DNA of 63,858 nt from Octopus bimaculoides. Lineage: Eukaryota. This document shows, in pieces, positions 12,413 through 24,396 of this stretch. The notes beneath the pieces are model-generated. The model saw nothing but the letters and a program-made list of their open reading frames with translations. It searched no databases and had not been told where the DNA came from. The translations under genes and the position numbers were made by a program. Position 1 is the stretch's first letter, and each line of letters opens with the position of its first letter. The stretch is taken from positions 29,648,303-29,712,160 of the forward strand of contig NC_068991.1 of assembly GCF_001194135.2 (NCBI RefSeq), written 5' to 3'.

Positions 12413-13642
12413 CCTAGGAACTGATCAAGTCACTGCTATAATCGGTTTTCAAATGGGTTTTTTTTCTTCGGAAGCGTCTCTGCAGTGGTCTCACGAAGCT
12501 CCTTCCGGAATTCCTTATAAGAAGTGCGTGAGGGCGGCCATGTCTGAAGCTCGTGTATGCTGGCACATCCGTAGCGCTACTTCTAAGTTGTGTGTGGAGG
12601 TATATGTTCGTTCATGTGTGTGTGTGTGCGTGTGTGGAGGTATATGTACTATACTTGAAGAGGCTGACAGAATATTCGCGACGTTCAACATGGACAAGAA
12701 CATACAGTTCACTATAGAACATCCCGACAACACTGGGTCACTATCGCTACTTGACTTCCAACTGAAAGTAACGGAAGAAGCTGAGATCCACACTGAGTTC
12801 TACAGGAAAGGAGCCAGTAGTGATATGTTTGTTCAGTACAGTTCAGCACTTCCACTCGGTGCCAAAATAGGATACGCCAGCAACACATGCTTCCTTAAAA
12901 TACCCAATTTTAGCGAGATGATAACTACAGCCACCCGAAGAGCCATAAAAAGAGGAGGACAAGACATACAACTAGCCCACTCCGGTCCCTCTCTGAGAAG
13001 ACAAGTCGTAAAGAAACGAGCAAGAGACAGCAATCGATGCACACTAGCAAACCAGCCCCATCCGTGATACAGATTTATGCCAACGGGTAAATGTTGTGTA
13101 TAGAATACAATGTAATAAATGCAACAAGTTCTATATGGGTAGCACAACAAGACTGTTACATGTCTGCATCAAAGAACATCTGAACACGAGAGCCTCCTCC
13201 TTCGGAAAACGTCTTGACAGATGGCGGAACACCGACAAATGCATAACAATCACAATTGAGGCCAATGAAAGAAATTTAGGTAATCTAAGAATTAAGCAAG
13301 CTATCCTCATACACAGACTAGGGCCCTAAATTAACAACAGGCTGGAGGATGGCAGTCAGTATATTATTTAGCTACATCTGGATGCGTGTAAGTTCATTTT
13401 TGATAACATGCACATGTATTATTTATAAAAAAAAAAAAAAGGAAAAAAGGGAACCTGCACGTATACGACATAACTTAGAAGCAGCGTTACGGATGTGCCA
13501 GCACACACGAGCTGGCCGCCATCAAGCACTTCTCATGAGGAAATCCGGAAGGGGCTTCGTAAGACCACTGCAGAGACGATACTGGAAAAAACCCCAAAAA
13601 CGTTGGAAAACGATTATAGCCGTGACTCAATCAGTTACTAGG

Positions 13643-13685
13643 GATATCTGAAGAAGGAAGTTTTTGTATTCCGACATATTATATC
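13643..13685 (+). ncRNA. Hammerhead motif, A14C mutant twin of 12371-12412
   Basis: GATAT | CTGAAGAA | GGAA gtttttgta TTCC | GACA TATT | ATATC. Confidence 0.65.
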
Positions 13686-13774
13686 AGACTATGGATGATT
13701 AAATTACAACAGTTATTATAGTACATTGTTGAGCTGTTCAAGACACATTATATATATATATATATATATATAGA

Positions 13775-13882
13775 AGGTCCCGTGTTCAGTCCCACTGCAT
13801 GGCACCTTATGGAGGTGTATTCTGTTGTAACCTCGAGCCAACCAAAGGCTTGAGGGTAGATTTCGTAGACGGAAACTGAAAG
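13775..13882 (+). mobile_element. SINE family A, decayed 5' half
   Basis: GTTCAGTCCCACTGCATGGCACCTT...GTAGACGGAAACTGAAAG. Confidence 0.75.
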
Positions 13883-14150
13883 TTCCGGCAATAAATCTAC
13901 AGATAACAACATGTAATCCAAACTGTGCCGGTGCTTTGCTCGTCATCTATTTATACATTTTGTATAATTTTTCCATTATATATATATATGTATATGTATA
14001 TGTGTATANNNNNNNNNNNNNNNNNNNNNNNNNNNNNNNNNNNNNNNNNNNNNNNNNNNNNNNNNNNNNNNNNNNNNNNNNNNNNNNNNNNNNNNNNNNN
14101 NNNNNNNNNNNNNNNNNNNNNNNNNNNNNNNNNNNNNNNNNNNNNNNNNN

Positions 14151-14197
<47 letters not shown>

Positions 14198-16592
14198 TAT
14201 ACATACATATATATATACAACCCAGCACACGGACACGCACTCAAACGTTTGTTCATATTCACACTTACAACGCACGCGTACTCGCAAGCACTACATGCGT
14301 ATATGTATCTACACATACATAGACATACGCACACGTTAGCGCACGCGCGCGCATACATACACCTCTATTTATATGTAGGCATGACACGTAGATAGATATA
14401 TCACAAGTCAAGTACTTGATTATTAAGGAAACCCTGACTCTTCATCGTCTTCCTATTTAACTGCGAATGTCTATTGTATGACTACTCACTTGAGATTCTA
14501 ATTCCACTTAGCTATGTCTGCTAAACATGAGAACTCGCCCCACGGTGAATTATAAAAAATTGCTCACGCGCTTGTCTTGTCGATCGGAACGTTCTGATAT
14601 CAATCTCTGCATGCAGCTTCCTCTTACGACCGTGATTTCTTGTTAAAACGACAATCGACTCCTTTTCGTCGAAGATAACGCTGTCAGGAAGATGAAATAT
14701 GGAGCGAATTGGAACAAACGTCGGTGTAAATTCTTCCCAGGAACCTAATTTATTGCCAATCGTCGATAAAAAACTACTACGAAATACAAGGAGACATTAT
14801 CATTAAGATATTATTTATTTTGTTACATTTTGTTTTATGGCTTTTTCGGATTGTTTATCTTTTGTTCTTGTTGTTTTAATTTTGTTGTTTGTTTTACATT
14901 TCTGTTATTATATTATTTTATGTTATTATCAATTTATATTTCAGACCCAATTTGTTACCAATATAACACAGTTGAAACACCGTCACCGCCTAACCAACAA
15001 CCACTGCCACCAAATAGAATTCTCTCTTATTCCACACTTATCAGTTGTAATAACAAAACCACTAACAACACTAATAATAATATTTCGTGCATAAATAAAC
15101 ACTCTTTCCTTTACGTTCAAATGAACCTTTTCCATTTGGTTATCGTGATTGTTGCCCCTTTCCCACGCCGCTATTTCTGTTATCTTACATATTTTAAAAG
15201 TAGATCTGCACATAACGTTATTTCACAGTGAATTTCAATCATTCTTCCAACTACGTTTCGTTGGCAGCCATTTTAATTTCCCTGCTCCATCATTGTTATA
15301 CGTCTAAATTATTTCTCTATTCCAACTATATTTATTTCCCTCTTCATTTACGAATACCTGCTTTCTTTCCCCTTTATTCTCTACCTTATTTCTTCTTATA
15401 ATTAAGTTATTTTCTTTATTTTTACTTTAAATCCTTTCTTTCATATCAGCTAATATATTCCATCTATATCTTTCTCACTTCATAAATTTATAAATTATCC
15501 TTTCTATCACTTTGTTTATCTCACTGTTGATCAATCTAACATTTATGCTCTTTATCTGCCTCTACTGTCTTAATACGGTCGCTTCTATTTCTATCTCTAA
15601 TACTCTTTGTATTTTTCATTCCACCACATAATGTTCCCATATTTTTCATTCCACTCTAATGTTCTCTTATATTTAAAAGTAAAGATACAGTTTAGAGTCG
15701 AAATGGTTAGAAAAAGTGACAGCCTTTCTCCAGAGAAAGTCTATCCGTCGTCTGCACATGAAATTGATAGTTAATACCTATTAATATTGCATTCCAATGA
15801 GAGTCAAGCTACACTTTTCAATCAAATTTGCATGCCAGTAAATTCTCTAAAACGTAGATAAATTACTTGATTTGAAAAAATAATTCTTTTTCTGATGAAG
15901 GTCTAACGAGATTAGAAACTGGTCATTTAATTGATCTTACACATTTCTGTCTACAGAAATATATAATCTGTGATGTAACCGTCTAAACACAGCAAATCTA
16001 AACTTTATGTTTATTAAAAAGTGTACATTATATTTCAAATCAACTGGAAACGATATGTAGTACACAATAAATTAAGTTATAAATCTCTGTCTCTTTCCCT
16101 CTTTCCCTGTCCCCTCTCTCTCCCTCTCTTTCTCTCCTTTTCTGTCTCTGTCTGTTTGTCTGTCTGTCTGTCTCTCTCTCTCTCTCGTTATCAATTTTTT
16201 CCTTCTTTGCCTTTTTAATAATACATATAATATCTAAATGTTTCTTCACTTCTACGTTTGGTGTTTTCTCTCATTGGTAAAACCATCTCTTCATTTATCA
16301 TCGAAAACCTTAGATTATAAACATTGGCCTTTGTTGTTATCAAACTCTCTAAATTCTTATTCTCTAGCTGTTATCCTTCATTGTTTCATACACACTCGAC
16401 ATGATGTATGTTCTAACTATCTCGCTCCCACACTCACTTTCTAGCTCAAAGAATACGAAGACTGCACGCGACTGGACACACGGATACATAAATACGTACA
16501 CATACAAACACAACTTATCAGTTTTGAAAATGTTGCACGTGTATATGTATGCGTGCGCGTGTATATGTATATTTACATATATTGATGCGTAC

Positions 16593-16660
<68 letters not shown>

Positions 16661-16725
16661 GTCTGTCTATCAACCTACCTATCTATCTGTATATCTGTGC
16701 GTGTACGTATACATATAAACATATA

Positions 16726-16756
<31 letters not shown>

Positions 16757-16769
16757 GCATATACATATG

Positions 16770-16871
<102 letters not shown>

Positions 16872-17399
16872 ATATATATATATATATACGTACACTTATA
16901 GTTAAGCGTTTATGCTATACTTTCACACACACAGATCTCTTGATATACATGTCTACATATATTTATACATAGTATACATATTATATGTATTTCAAATTAT
17001 GTACTCAGATACATTCACACTGTCATACACAAATACTAACCCACCCATCCTCGTGCATATCCTTATAATCCTAATACCATCTTTCACCCTGTTTATTCTC
17101 CACTTGACCCAACATCATAAAACGTTGACATTTCATATTTTGAATAACCCCACCACTCCCCTCAGTCCTGTTTTTCCTTCTCTTTCTTCTTCTAGCCTGT
17201 CATCGTACCATCAGATCTCACTGTCTGTCAGTCTGCTCCTCCGAGACTCTCTTTTAGATAGGAGGAAAGGCTGTGCCCATATCCCATCACAGCAACTCCA
17301 TGACAGGTGGAAGAGGGAAGAAAGTGTTCACAAACCGAGGATCTCGTCCGAATATATGGCACAGAGTGGACTCCGTTAAAAGCCACTCAGGGTACCGAG

Positions 17400-17500
17400 T
17401 AATAGTGTTCCACTGGGCAATGGATTAAGTCTCACACCGAATTAGGCTAAGGCAGAATTTGAACTCACAACGTACAGAGCCGCAACAAATAATGCCAAGT
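17400..17500 (-). mobile_element. SINE family B remnant
   Basis: GGCAGAATTTGAACTCACAACGTA matches the reverse complement of the family B B-box region. Confidence 0.5.
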
Positions 17501-18938
17501 ATTCTCTCGAAGGTTCTAGATACACATATCTACCTTGATTCAATCCCAAACAAATCAGTTAGTAACCGAATCCACACAGTGATGGATCAGATACTTTGAA
17601 ATATATAGTTTTCTTCCCTTTGTTCTGACGCCAAAACCCGGCTGAGTTTAACTTCATTTTTTACCTTCCTCTTCGACGATAGAAAAACATGAGTAACTGT
17701 CATTTAGCGGGGTCTATTTATTCAGCTATATCTTTACCACAATTAAAGTTTTTTTGTTTTCTTTTACAAATACCTAATTTGAACAATGGGCAAACTACCT
17801 TATAAATATTGAGGAATGTTCCTCTAAGTTCTAACTCGGTTGAGGTGAATTTCATTGTGGCTAATAAACGACAAATAAATTCATCTGCCCTTGTGGCAAA
17901 TAAAAATGATTCCCGTTAAGAAACACCACGTGATCACTTTTATCCTGTATTCATGAACGAAGTCCCTCGGCAATAGGGTACTGAGTGCACTTTAACCGTG
18001 TAAAATATCAGGATCGTCAAGCCTGGAACGTCTTTCCTCATAGATTAGGGCTGAGCTGGGTTGAACGAGCACAAGAGAGATTCGTAGGCGGTTGCTGTGT
18101 CTTAAGAATATGTAAACATTACGTAAAATGTTGCTATTGATGTACACAGAACGATGGGATGGACACGGCAGGAACGTCTTTGTTCACAAGTCTGACAGAT
18201 TAGGGCTAGTTTGGGGCTCAACAACAATACCATCATACCAATACTCCGAACACTATCACCATCATTTCTCACAGCGTCATCAAACCATCATCTCATCAGC
18301 ATCAGCACAACTCTGTTGCCATCATCACCACCACCACCACTACCACCATCATCAACGTTTCACTACCGAAACTTCTATCTCCAACGCCAGTAATGGCACC
18401 AATAATAACGCCACAACAATAATATCGCCAACGTCACCAACTCATTCACTCACGCCAACAGCACCACGAACACAAGAAGCACTGCAACCACCACCAATAT
18501 TAACATCATCACCACTACTACCAATCCCACCGCCGCCAACACCACTACCGTCAGCATCACTACCACCACCATAAATACCATTACCATTAGTATCAGTACC
18601 ACATCGCCGACACCATCGCTGCTACAACCACCATCACCACAACTCTAAGAATATCAGTATAACCACCAGTTTCATCACTCAGGCCAACACTACCATTACC
18701 AATTTCAAGACTACCACCAGCTCCCCCCCACCCCACCACCGTTGCTATAAATTACGAAGACATTCTATTATTTTTGCTACTGTACCAAACATCATTTTTT
18801 TACCATCGTCTGCGCCATGTTGTCTGCAGTTTTATCTAATCCGAAGCCGTAGATAATCTCAGTTTTGACAGGGTTTAAACTATCTTGGGCCTCTGCTCAT
18901 ACCCGACACCCGTGTTTTCATTATTCGCTAAGCCCTTG

Positions 18939-18979
<41 letters not shown>

Positions 18980-19984
18980 NNNNNNNNNNNNNNNNNNNNN
19001 NNNNNNNNNNNNNNNNNNNNNNNNNNNNNNNNNNNNNNNNNNNNNNNNNNNNNNNNNNNNNNNNNNNNNNNNNNNNNNNNNNNNNNNNNNNNNNNNNNNN
19101 NNNNNNNNNNNNNNNNNNNNNNNNNNNNNNNNNNNNNNNNNNNNNNNNNNNNNNNNACGCACGCACACACGCACACACGCACACACACACATACATACAC
19201 AAAGACACAAAGGCCGATATACAGATTTACGCTCGCGTAGGTGATGTGTTTGTGTGTGATAGTGTGTATGCGTGCGCGCAAGTATGTGTCTGTGTGTGCG
19301 CATGTGTGTGTATGTATGTGTCTGTGCGTTTGAGGGCGCGCGTGTGTTTATGTGTGCGTGTGTGTGCGTATGATTGCATGTGATAGAGTGTATGTTGGCG
19401 TGCGCGTGTGTGTGTGTAGGGAGGAGGCATGTGCTTGTGCAGGATAGTATTTGTGAGTGCTTGTGTGTGTGTTCGCTTGAAGCGGATTCTCTCCATCGCT
19501 AATTTGAGTTTTTTGCTTTTGTACATTCAGCAAGGAATCAAGGAGTGTTGGTCATCTGGAAAGCCGTACCAAAGCTTTACACTCAGAGTATCACCGAGGT
19601 AAATCATTAGATTTAAAAGAATAACATCGATATTATACATTAGCCGGAGAGCTGTCCTCATGTTGAATGTCGCGTTCATTACGTATATGTGTCTGTGAAA
19701 ACAAAAATCGAGATGAGGTTACTGTTCCAACTATTACAAAATACATTAATTTCTCAACTTAGAAATATAGATTTGTGAATAGAGTCTGCTCAGGCCATGG
19801 ATTCAGCACTGTTTCTTCTGTTTTGTTCATCTAAACGAAGTGTTCTGTGTGTGTGTGTTGAGAAGGGAAAGGTTTAATTTGTGGTTCATATATGTACCCA
19901 GTTATCTATCTCTTTCTATTTCTCTCACTTTCTCACTCTCTTACTTTCAATATCTGCACACATATACGCGAGAGCGCGCACACG

Positions 19985-20063
<79 letters not shown>

Positions 20064-20064
20064 C

Positions 20065-20335
20065 ACATGGTTCCGTGTTCAGTCTTACTGGGTGGCACCT
20101 CGGGTAAGTGTCTTCTACTATAGTCTCCGGCTGACCAAAGGCTTGTGAGTGGATTTGGTAGACGGAAACTGAAAGAAGCCCGTCGGTTGTGTGGTAAGTA
20201 GCTTACTTACCAACCACATGGTTTCGGGTTCATTCCCACTGCTTGGCACCTTGGGCAAGTGTCTTCTACTATAGCCTCGGGCCGACCAAAGCCTTGTGAG
20301 TGGATTTGGTAGACAGAAACTGAAAGAAGCCCGTC

Positions 20336-20340
<5 letters not shown>
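20065..20340 (+). mobile_element. Two tandem SINE A 5' halves
   Basis: CACATGGTTCCGTGTTCAGTC...GAAAGAAGCCCGTC (20065-20187) followed directly by a second head GTGTGGTAAGTAGC...GAAAGAAGCCCGTCG and (TA)n. Confidence 0.85.
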
Positions 20341-20376
<36 letters not shown>

Positions 20377-20378
<2 letters not shown>

Positions 20379-20885
20379 AAAAGTGTTTATAATTATGAAC
20401 AGGTTATAATTATAACTAAGAGGGTTTCTAGAACCCTTACATGTTTAGAAATAGCAGTCAAAAATCAGTATAAAACCACAATTATCACTCATATTATATC
20501 TCCTCACAGATGACGTTTGAATTGAGAATTTGAATGTGTAGATAGAGTATGACACATTATTCTTGCCGGTCGTGACACATGTAAGCCCCAAGGTAAGGTC
20601 TTGTATCAATTTCTATCTATAGGAATATTCTCCTGAAGAGACGAATGGAACCCTTAATAGGTTCCTAATGACGAAATTGTAATAGAGAATTAACCTTTTA
20701 TTTTAAAGTTTTGTATTTTATATGTCATGTTGCCCGCAGGCATCATTTATTGTGAGGAGATGTAATATGAGTGATAATAGTGGCTTTATGATGGTTTTTG
20801 ACTGCTATTTCTAAATATGTAAGCGTTTTTGAAACCCTCTCAGTTGTAATTGTGATTTGTTCATAATTATAAACACTCTTCTTCT
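20377..20885 (+). mobile_element. ~510 bp non-autonomous element with ~132 bp inverted termini and a central hammerhead
   Basis: 20377-20508 is the reverse complement of 20751-20885, with about 17-18 differences by manual count. No ORF. Confidence 0.8.
20627..20690 (+). ncRNA. Type I hammerhead ribozyme-like motif
   Basis: ATTCTC | CTGAAGA | G acgaat GGAACC cttaata GGTTCC taatga C | GAA ATT gt AAT A | GAGAAT: 6-bp stem I, G10.1-C11.1 closing pair, distal 6-bp stem II, 3-bp stem III, AUA triplet. Confidence 0.6.
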
Positions 20886-21049
20886 ATGTATTTTATGATA
20901 ACTTGTTAGGCCATTGATATATTCATAAATAATTATTGCTTCTGGTATATGCTCCGTAATATATTATTACATTACTCTTTAATTATATATATATATATAT
21001 ATATATGTGTCTGTGTGTATGTGTATGTGTATGTGTGTGTGTGTGTGTG

Positions 21050-21265
21050 TGTGCGTTTGTATGTATTTGTGTCTGTTTGTCCATCCACCATTGACAAATG
21101 ATGCTGGTGTGTTTACGTCACCGTAACTTAGCGGTTCGGCAAAAGAGATCCGATGGAATAAGCACTAGCCTTACAAAGAATATGTACTGGGGTCGATTTG
21201 TTCCACTAAAGGTGGTGTTCCAGCATGGCCGCAGGTTAATGACAGAAACAAGTAAAAGAATAAAA
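21050..21265 (+). mobile_element. SINE family A, 3' half
   Basis: GATGCTGGTGTGTTTACGTCACCGTAACTTAGCGGTTCGGC...GACAGAAACAAGTAAAAG. Confidence 0.85.
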
Positions 21266-21287
21266 AAAATATATATATATATATACA

Positions 21288-21323
<36 letters not shown>

Positions 21324-21633
21324 TANNNNNNNNNNNNNNNNNNNNNNNNNNNNNNNNNNNNNNNNNNNNNNNNNNNNNNNNNNNNNNNNNNNNNNNNNNN
21401 NNNNNNNNNNNNNNNNNNNNNNNNNNNNNNNNNNNNNNNNNNNNNNNNNNNNNNNNNNNNNNNNNNNNNNNNNNNNNNNNNNNNNNNNNNNNNNNNNNNN
21501 NNNNNNNNNNNNNNNNNNNNNNNNNNNNNNNNNNNNNNNNNNNNNNNNNNNNNNNNNNNNNNNNNNNNNNNNNNNNNNNNNNNNNNNNNNNNNNNNNNNN
21601 NNNNNNNNNTATATATATATATATATCATAATG

Positions 21634-21695
21634 GTCCTCAGGAGGACATTTGTCCTCAGGAGGACATTTGTCCTCAGGAGGACATTTGTCCTCAG
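21634..21695. repeat. 18-bp tandem repeat x3.4 with palindromic unit
   Basis: (GTCCTCAGGAGGACATTT)3 GTCCTCAG; TGTCCTC/GAGGACA are self-complementary. Confidence 0.95.
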
Positions 21696-21699
21696 CCGT

Positions 21700-22260
21700 T
21701 TAAATTACAGCTTCCGACTATGATCACCACGCAGTGTAAAATTAACAACGGAACTCGAACCAATCCAGGGAAGCTACACAAAGAACATCGTCTCAATGCG
21801 ACATGTCAGCTACTGGGAGAAACTGAAAAAGTTAAGACTCTACTCCCTCGAACGAAGACAGGAAAGACATGCAGTAATATACATCTGGAAAATCCTAGAA
21901 GAACTTGTACCAAACTTTGGCCTTGTCGTTTACACAAACAGTAGAACGGGGCGCTACTGCATAGTACTAAAAATTCCAACATTGCCACCAGGATACGGGA
22001 CCAGGTACTGCAACAGCTTGTTCTTCAAGGGGCCCACAGCTCCTCTCACAAAGCCTGAGAGATCTACATATTGTGGATGTTGGTGTCTTCAAAACAAAAC
22101 TGGACGTCTTCCTGTCAAGAGTTCCGGATGAACCTAATTCGCGGCAAGAAACACAGATGAAGGCAGCAACATCAAGCTTCCTGATTCACCAAATGCCACA
22201 CATCAGAAGATGTTTAGCGAAAGTGTAGCAAAACTAGCGGCGGTACCCCATCTGAATATA
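21700..22260 (+). mobile_element. CR1-clade LINE 3' fragment (RT C-terminus)
   Basis: ORF 21796-22131 HVSYWEKLKKLRLYSLERRQERHAVIYIWKILEELVP fits the CR1 motif LSYEERLxxLxLxSLERRRxRxDLIxxYKI. Confidence 0.85.
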
Positions 22261-22606
22261 TAAAAAAAACAAAAAAAAAACGTGTATATGTATATTAATA
22301 ACAATAAGGATTTTTGAAAGAATCGGGTACTTGAATGATATGCACCGGGTAGGGTTGAGTTAACCTGTGATCACCACCTTTAGTCGAATAAATATCTGTA
22401 AAATATTTAGGTTTTGCACATAGAGAAAAAACCACCCCTACGAGTATTTAGCGTGTTGATCACACGTTGTTTGGTATACTCTAGGATGTCCGACATGTCG
22501 TGAATCCTTTTGATGTATTATGAACAAATGAATAATTGCAGATGATGGATAAATGTCTGTAATGACATCGGCTGTTATTACTCATTTGTTTGTTTGTATG
22601 TGTGAG

Positions 22607-22660
<54 letters not shown>

Positions 22661-23471
22661 TACTCGCACACACACACGCACACATATATTCTCTCATAAG
22701 AGTTTGATTCGGTCCCATGCAACTTAATGCTTTTGGGGTTTGACAAACGGATCCATCTCGCTTACCTAATTCTGATGAGGTATGTTCGCTTGACGCCTAC
22801 GAAACTTACTTGCATGGAACCGAATCAAACTGTTATTATGTGTATAAATATATAAAGCACATATGCATACACATATACCAATATGTATCGTAATTTTAAA
22901 GTAAAATTTCCAGTACACATTAAAAATTATACATCATCGTTACATTGCCAGCCAGAGAGAAATATTAAGTCGTAATGAATGAATTTGGTATTTCGTCAAA
23001 TCTATAGTCAGGATTCATCAGACAGTCCTTGACCACAAAAAAAACTTTAAGGACCACTTCTTCATGAGTAATGTAACTGTAAAATGTCGAGTATGCGCTG
23101 AGGCACAGTATAGTTTTAACTAGAATACAGATACAGTATACTGGAAGTTAACTGCGACAACAAATTACAATTATACATTTAATGAATATCACTTTAGGCT
23201 CACTGTGAGAATAGATCACTTGGTTAATCCACATAATGTTTCTCAGTAGTCAAATAGATCCAATTAGATTTATTGATTAGCTTTAGCTCTTTTTTTTTTT
23301 TTTTCTTGATTCGTTGCCTTACATCTCGCAAGATAATTGTGACCTTATCAACGTCACGAACTGCAGTGAACTATGAGAAACTCTTTCTTCGTAATTTTAC
23401 GTCCTTCCCTAAACACGCACTCGCACGTGCGCACAGTTTTCGTAGTAGTGTCCTTTTATATCAAATTTGAT

Positions 23472-23795
23472 CATTGGTTCTCAAACAGGGTCCATATTAG
23501 ATTTTTGCGGGGTCCACACAACAAAATAGTAAATCCACAATAGTATTTTAAGGGCTCCTAAAAAGGTTTTGCATTAGATGTCTGGTATATATTGCACGAA
23601 ACAGCCAGGTCTTTCGTACGTTTTATATAGTTCAACTTACGCAAATGAATGTGTGAAAAGCAAAATAAGAATTTTGAAAGACGTTTCTATAAAACTAGTT
23701 TTTAAATATCGAATGGCTATGGGGGTCGACTACAATAAAATAGTAATTAAAGGGGACCAAAGATAAAAAAAAGCAAAAATGCCTGCGAAACCGTG
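23472..23795. mobile_element. hAT (Charlie-type) MITE remnant
   Basis: Left end CATTGGTTCTCAAAC resembles the hAT-Charlie TIR CAGTGGTTCTCAAAC; the right end (GCGAAACCGTG) is degenerate. Confidence 0.45.
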
Positions 23796-24305
23796 CTTTA
23801 GATGATGTTAGCTCTTTTGTGTCCATAATCCTGCTGCAATATATTTTCTATGAACTTATACTAAAATAACTCAATAATTTGATATTATTAATTTGATATT
23901 TGAAACGTAAATTACCACTGTATTGCGATATAGAATTATAATGAAGTGTAAATTTATATATAAACACATTAAATTGGATAGTGCCGTGTCAAAGAACTAG
24001 CGGGTTTGTATCAAAAGTGTTGTAAACGCGAACAAATCGGGTTAACTACTTTTGTGTGACATAGGCGAGGCATAAACGATGTAGCAGAGTGTGTATAATT
24101 AACATGAAGCGCAAACATGTCGTTATAAATGTTATTAATTCGAGTTAACTTTACCAGAAATAAGGAATGCTACTGAGAGTTTCTTAGTCACTGAATCTCT
24201 GCGTTTCTGTATTTGCAAACAATATTTGCAAACAAATATATTGTTGCAACGGCAGCCAGTACAAACAGTGAACCTTATGTATGCAACATCTATCTATCTA
24301 TCTAA

Positions 24306-24345
<40 letters not shown>

Positions 24346-24352
24346 TTTAGAC

Positions 24353-24396
<44 letters not shown>

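Larger units (their letters stand above)
12284..13753 (+). mobile_element. 5'-truncated Penelope-like element with inverted pseudo-LTRs
   Basis: RT C-terminus NMDKNIQFTIEHPDNTGSLSLLDFQLKV...EFYRK...MFVQYSSALP (12680-12870). GIY-YIG endonuclease YRIQCNKCNKFYMGSTTRLLHVCIKEH...IKQAILIHRLGP (13096-13329). 12284-12610 is an inverted copy of 13451-13753. Confidence 0.9.

Noticed and set aside
15885-15930. CTGATGAAGGTCTAA...TTAGAAACTGGTC
   Set aside because: Stem II overlaps GAAA and stem I is absent; at best a deleted relic.
18128-18760. His/Pro/Thr-rich ORFs
   Set aside because: Cryptic (CAC/CAT)n low-complexity DNA with stops in all frames nearby.
22765-22810. CTGATGAG...CGAAAC spacing typical of a hammerhead
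   Set aside because: Only 3 bp of stem II; stems I and III do not pair.
22990-23030. Minus-strand CTGATGAA...GACGAAA
   Set aside because: No proximal stem II and no stem I.
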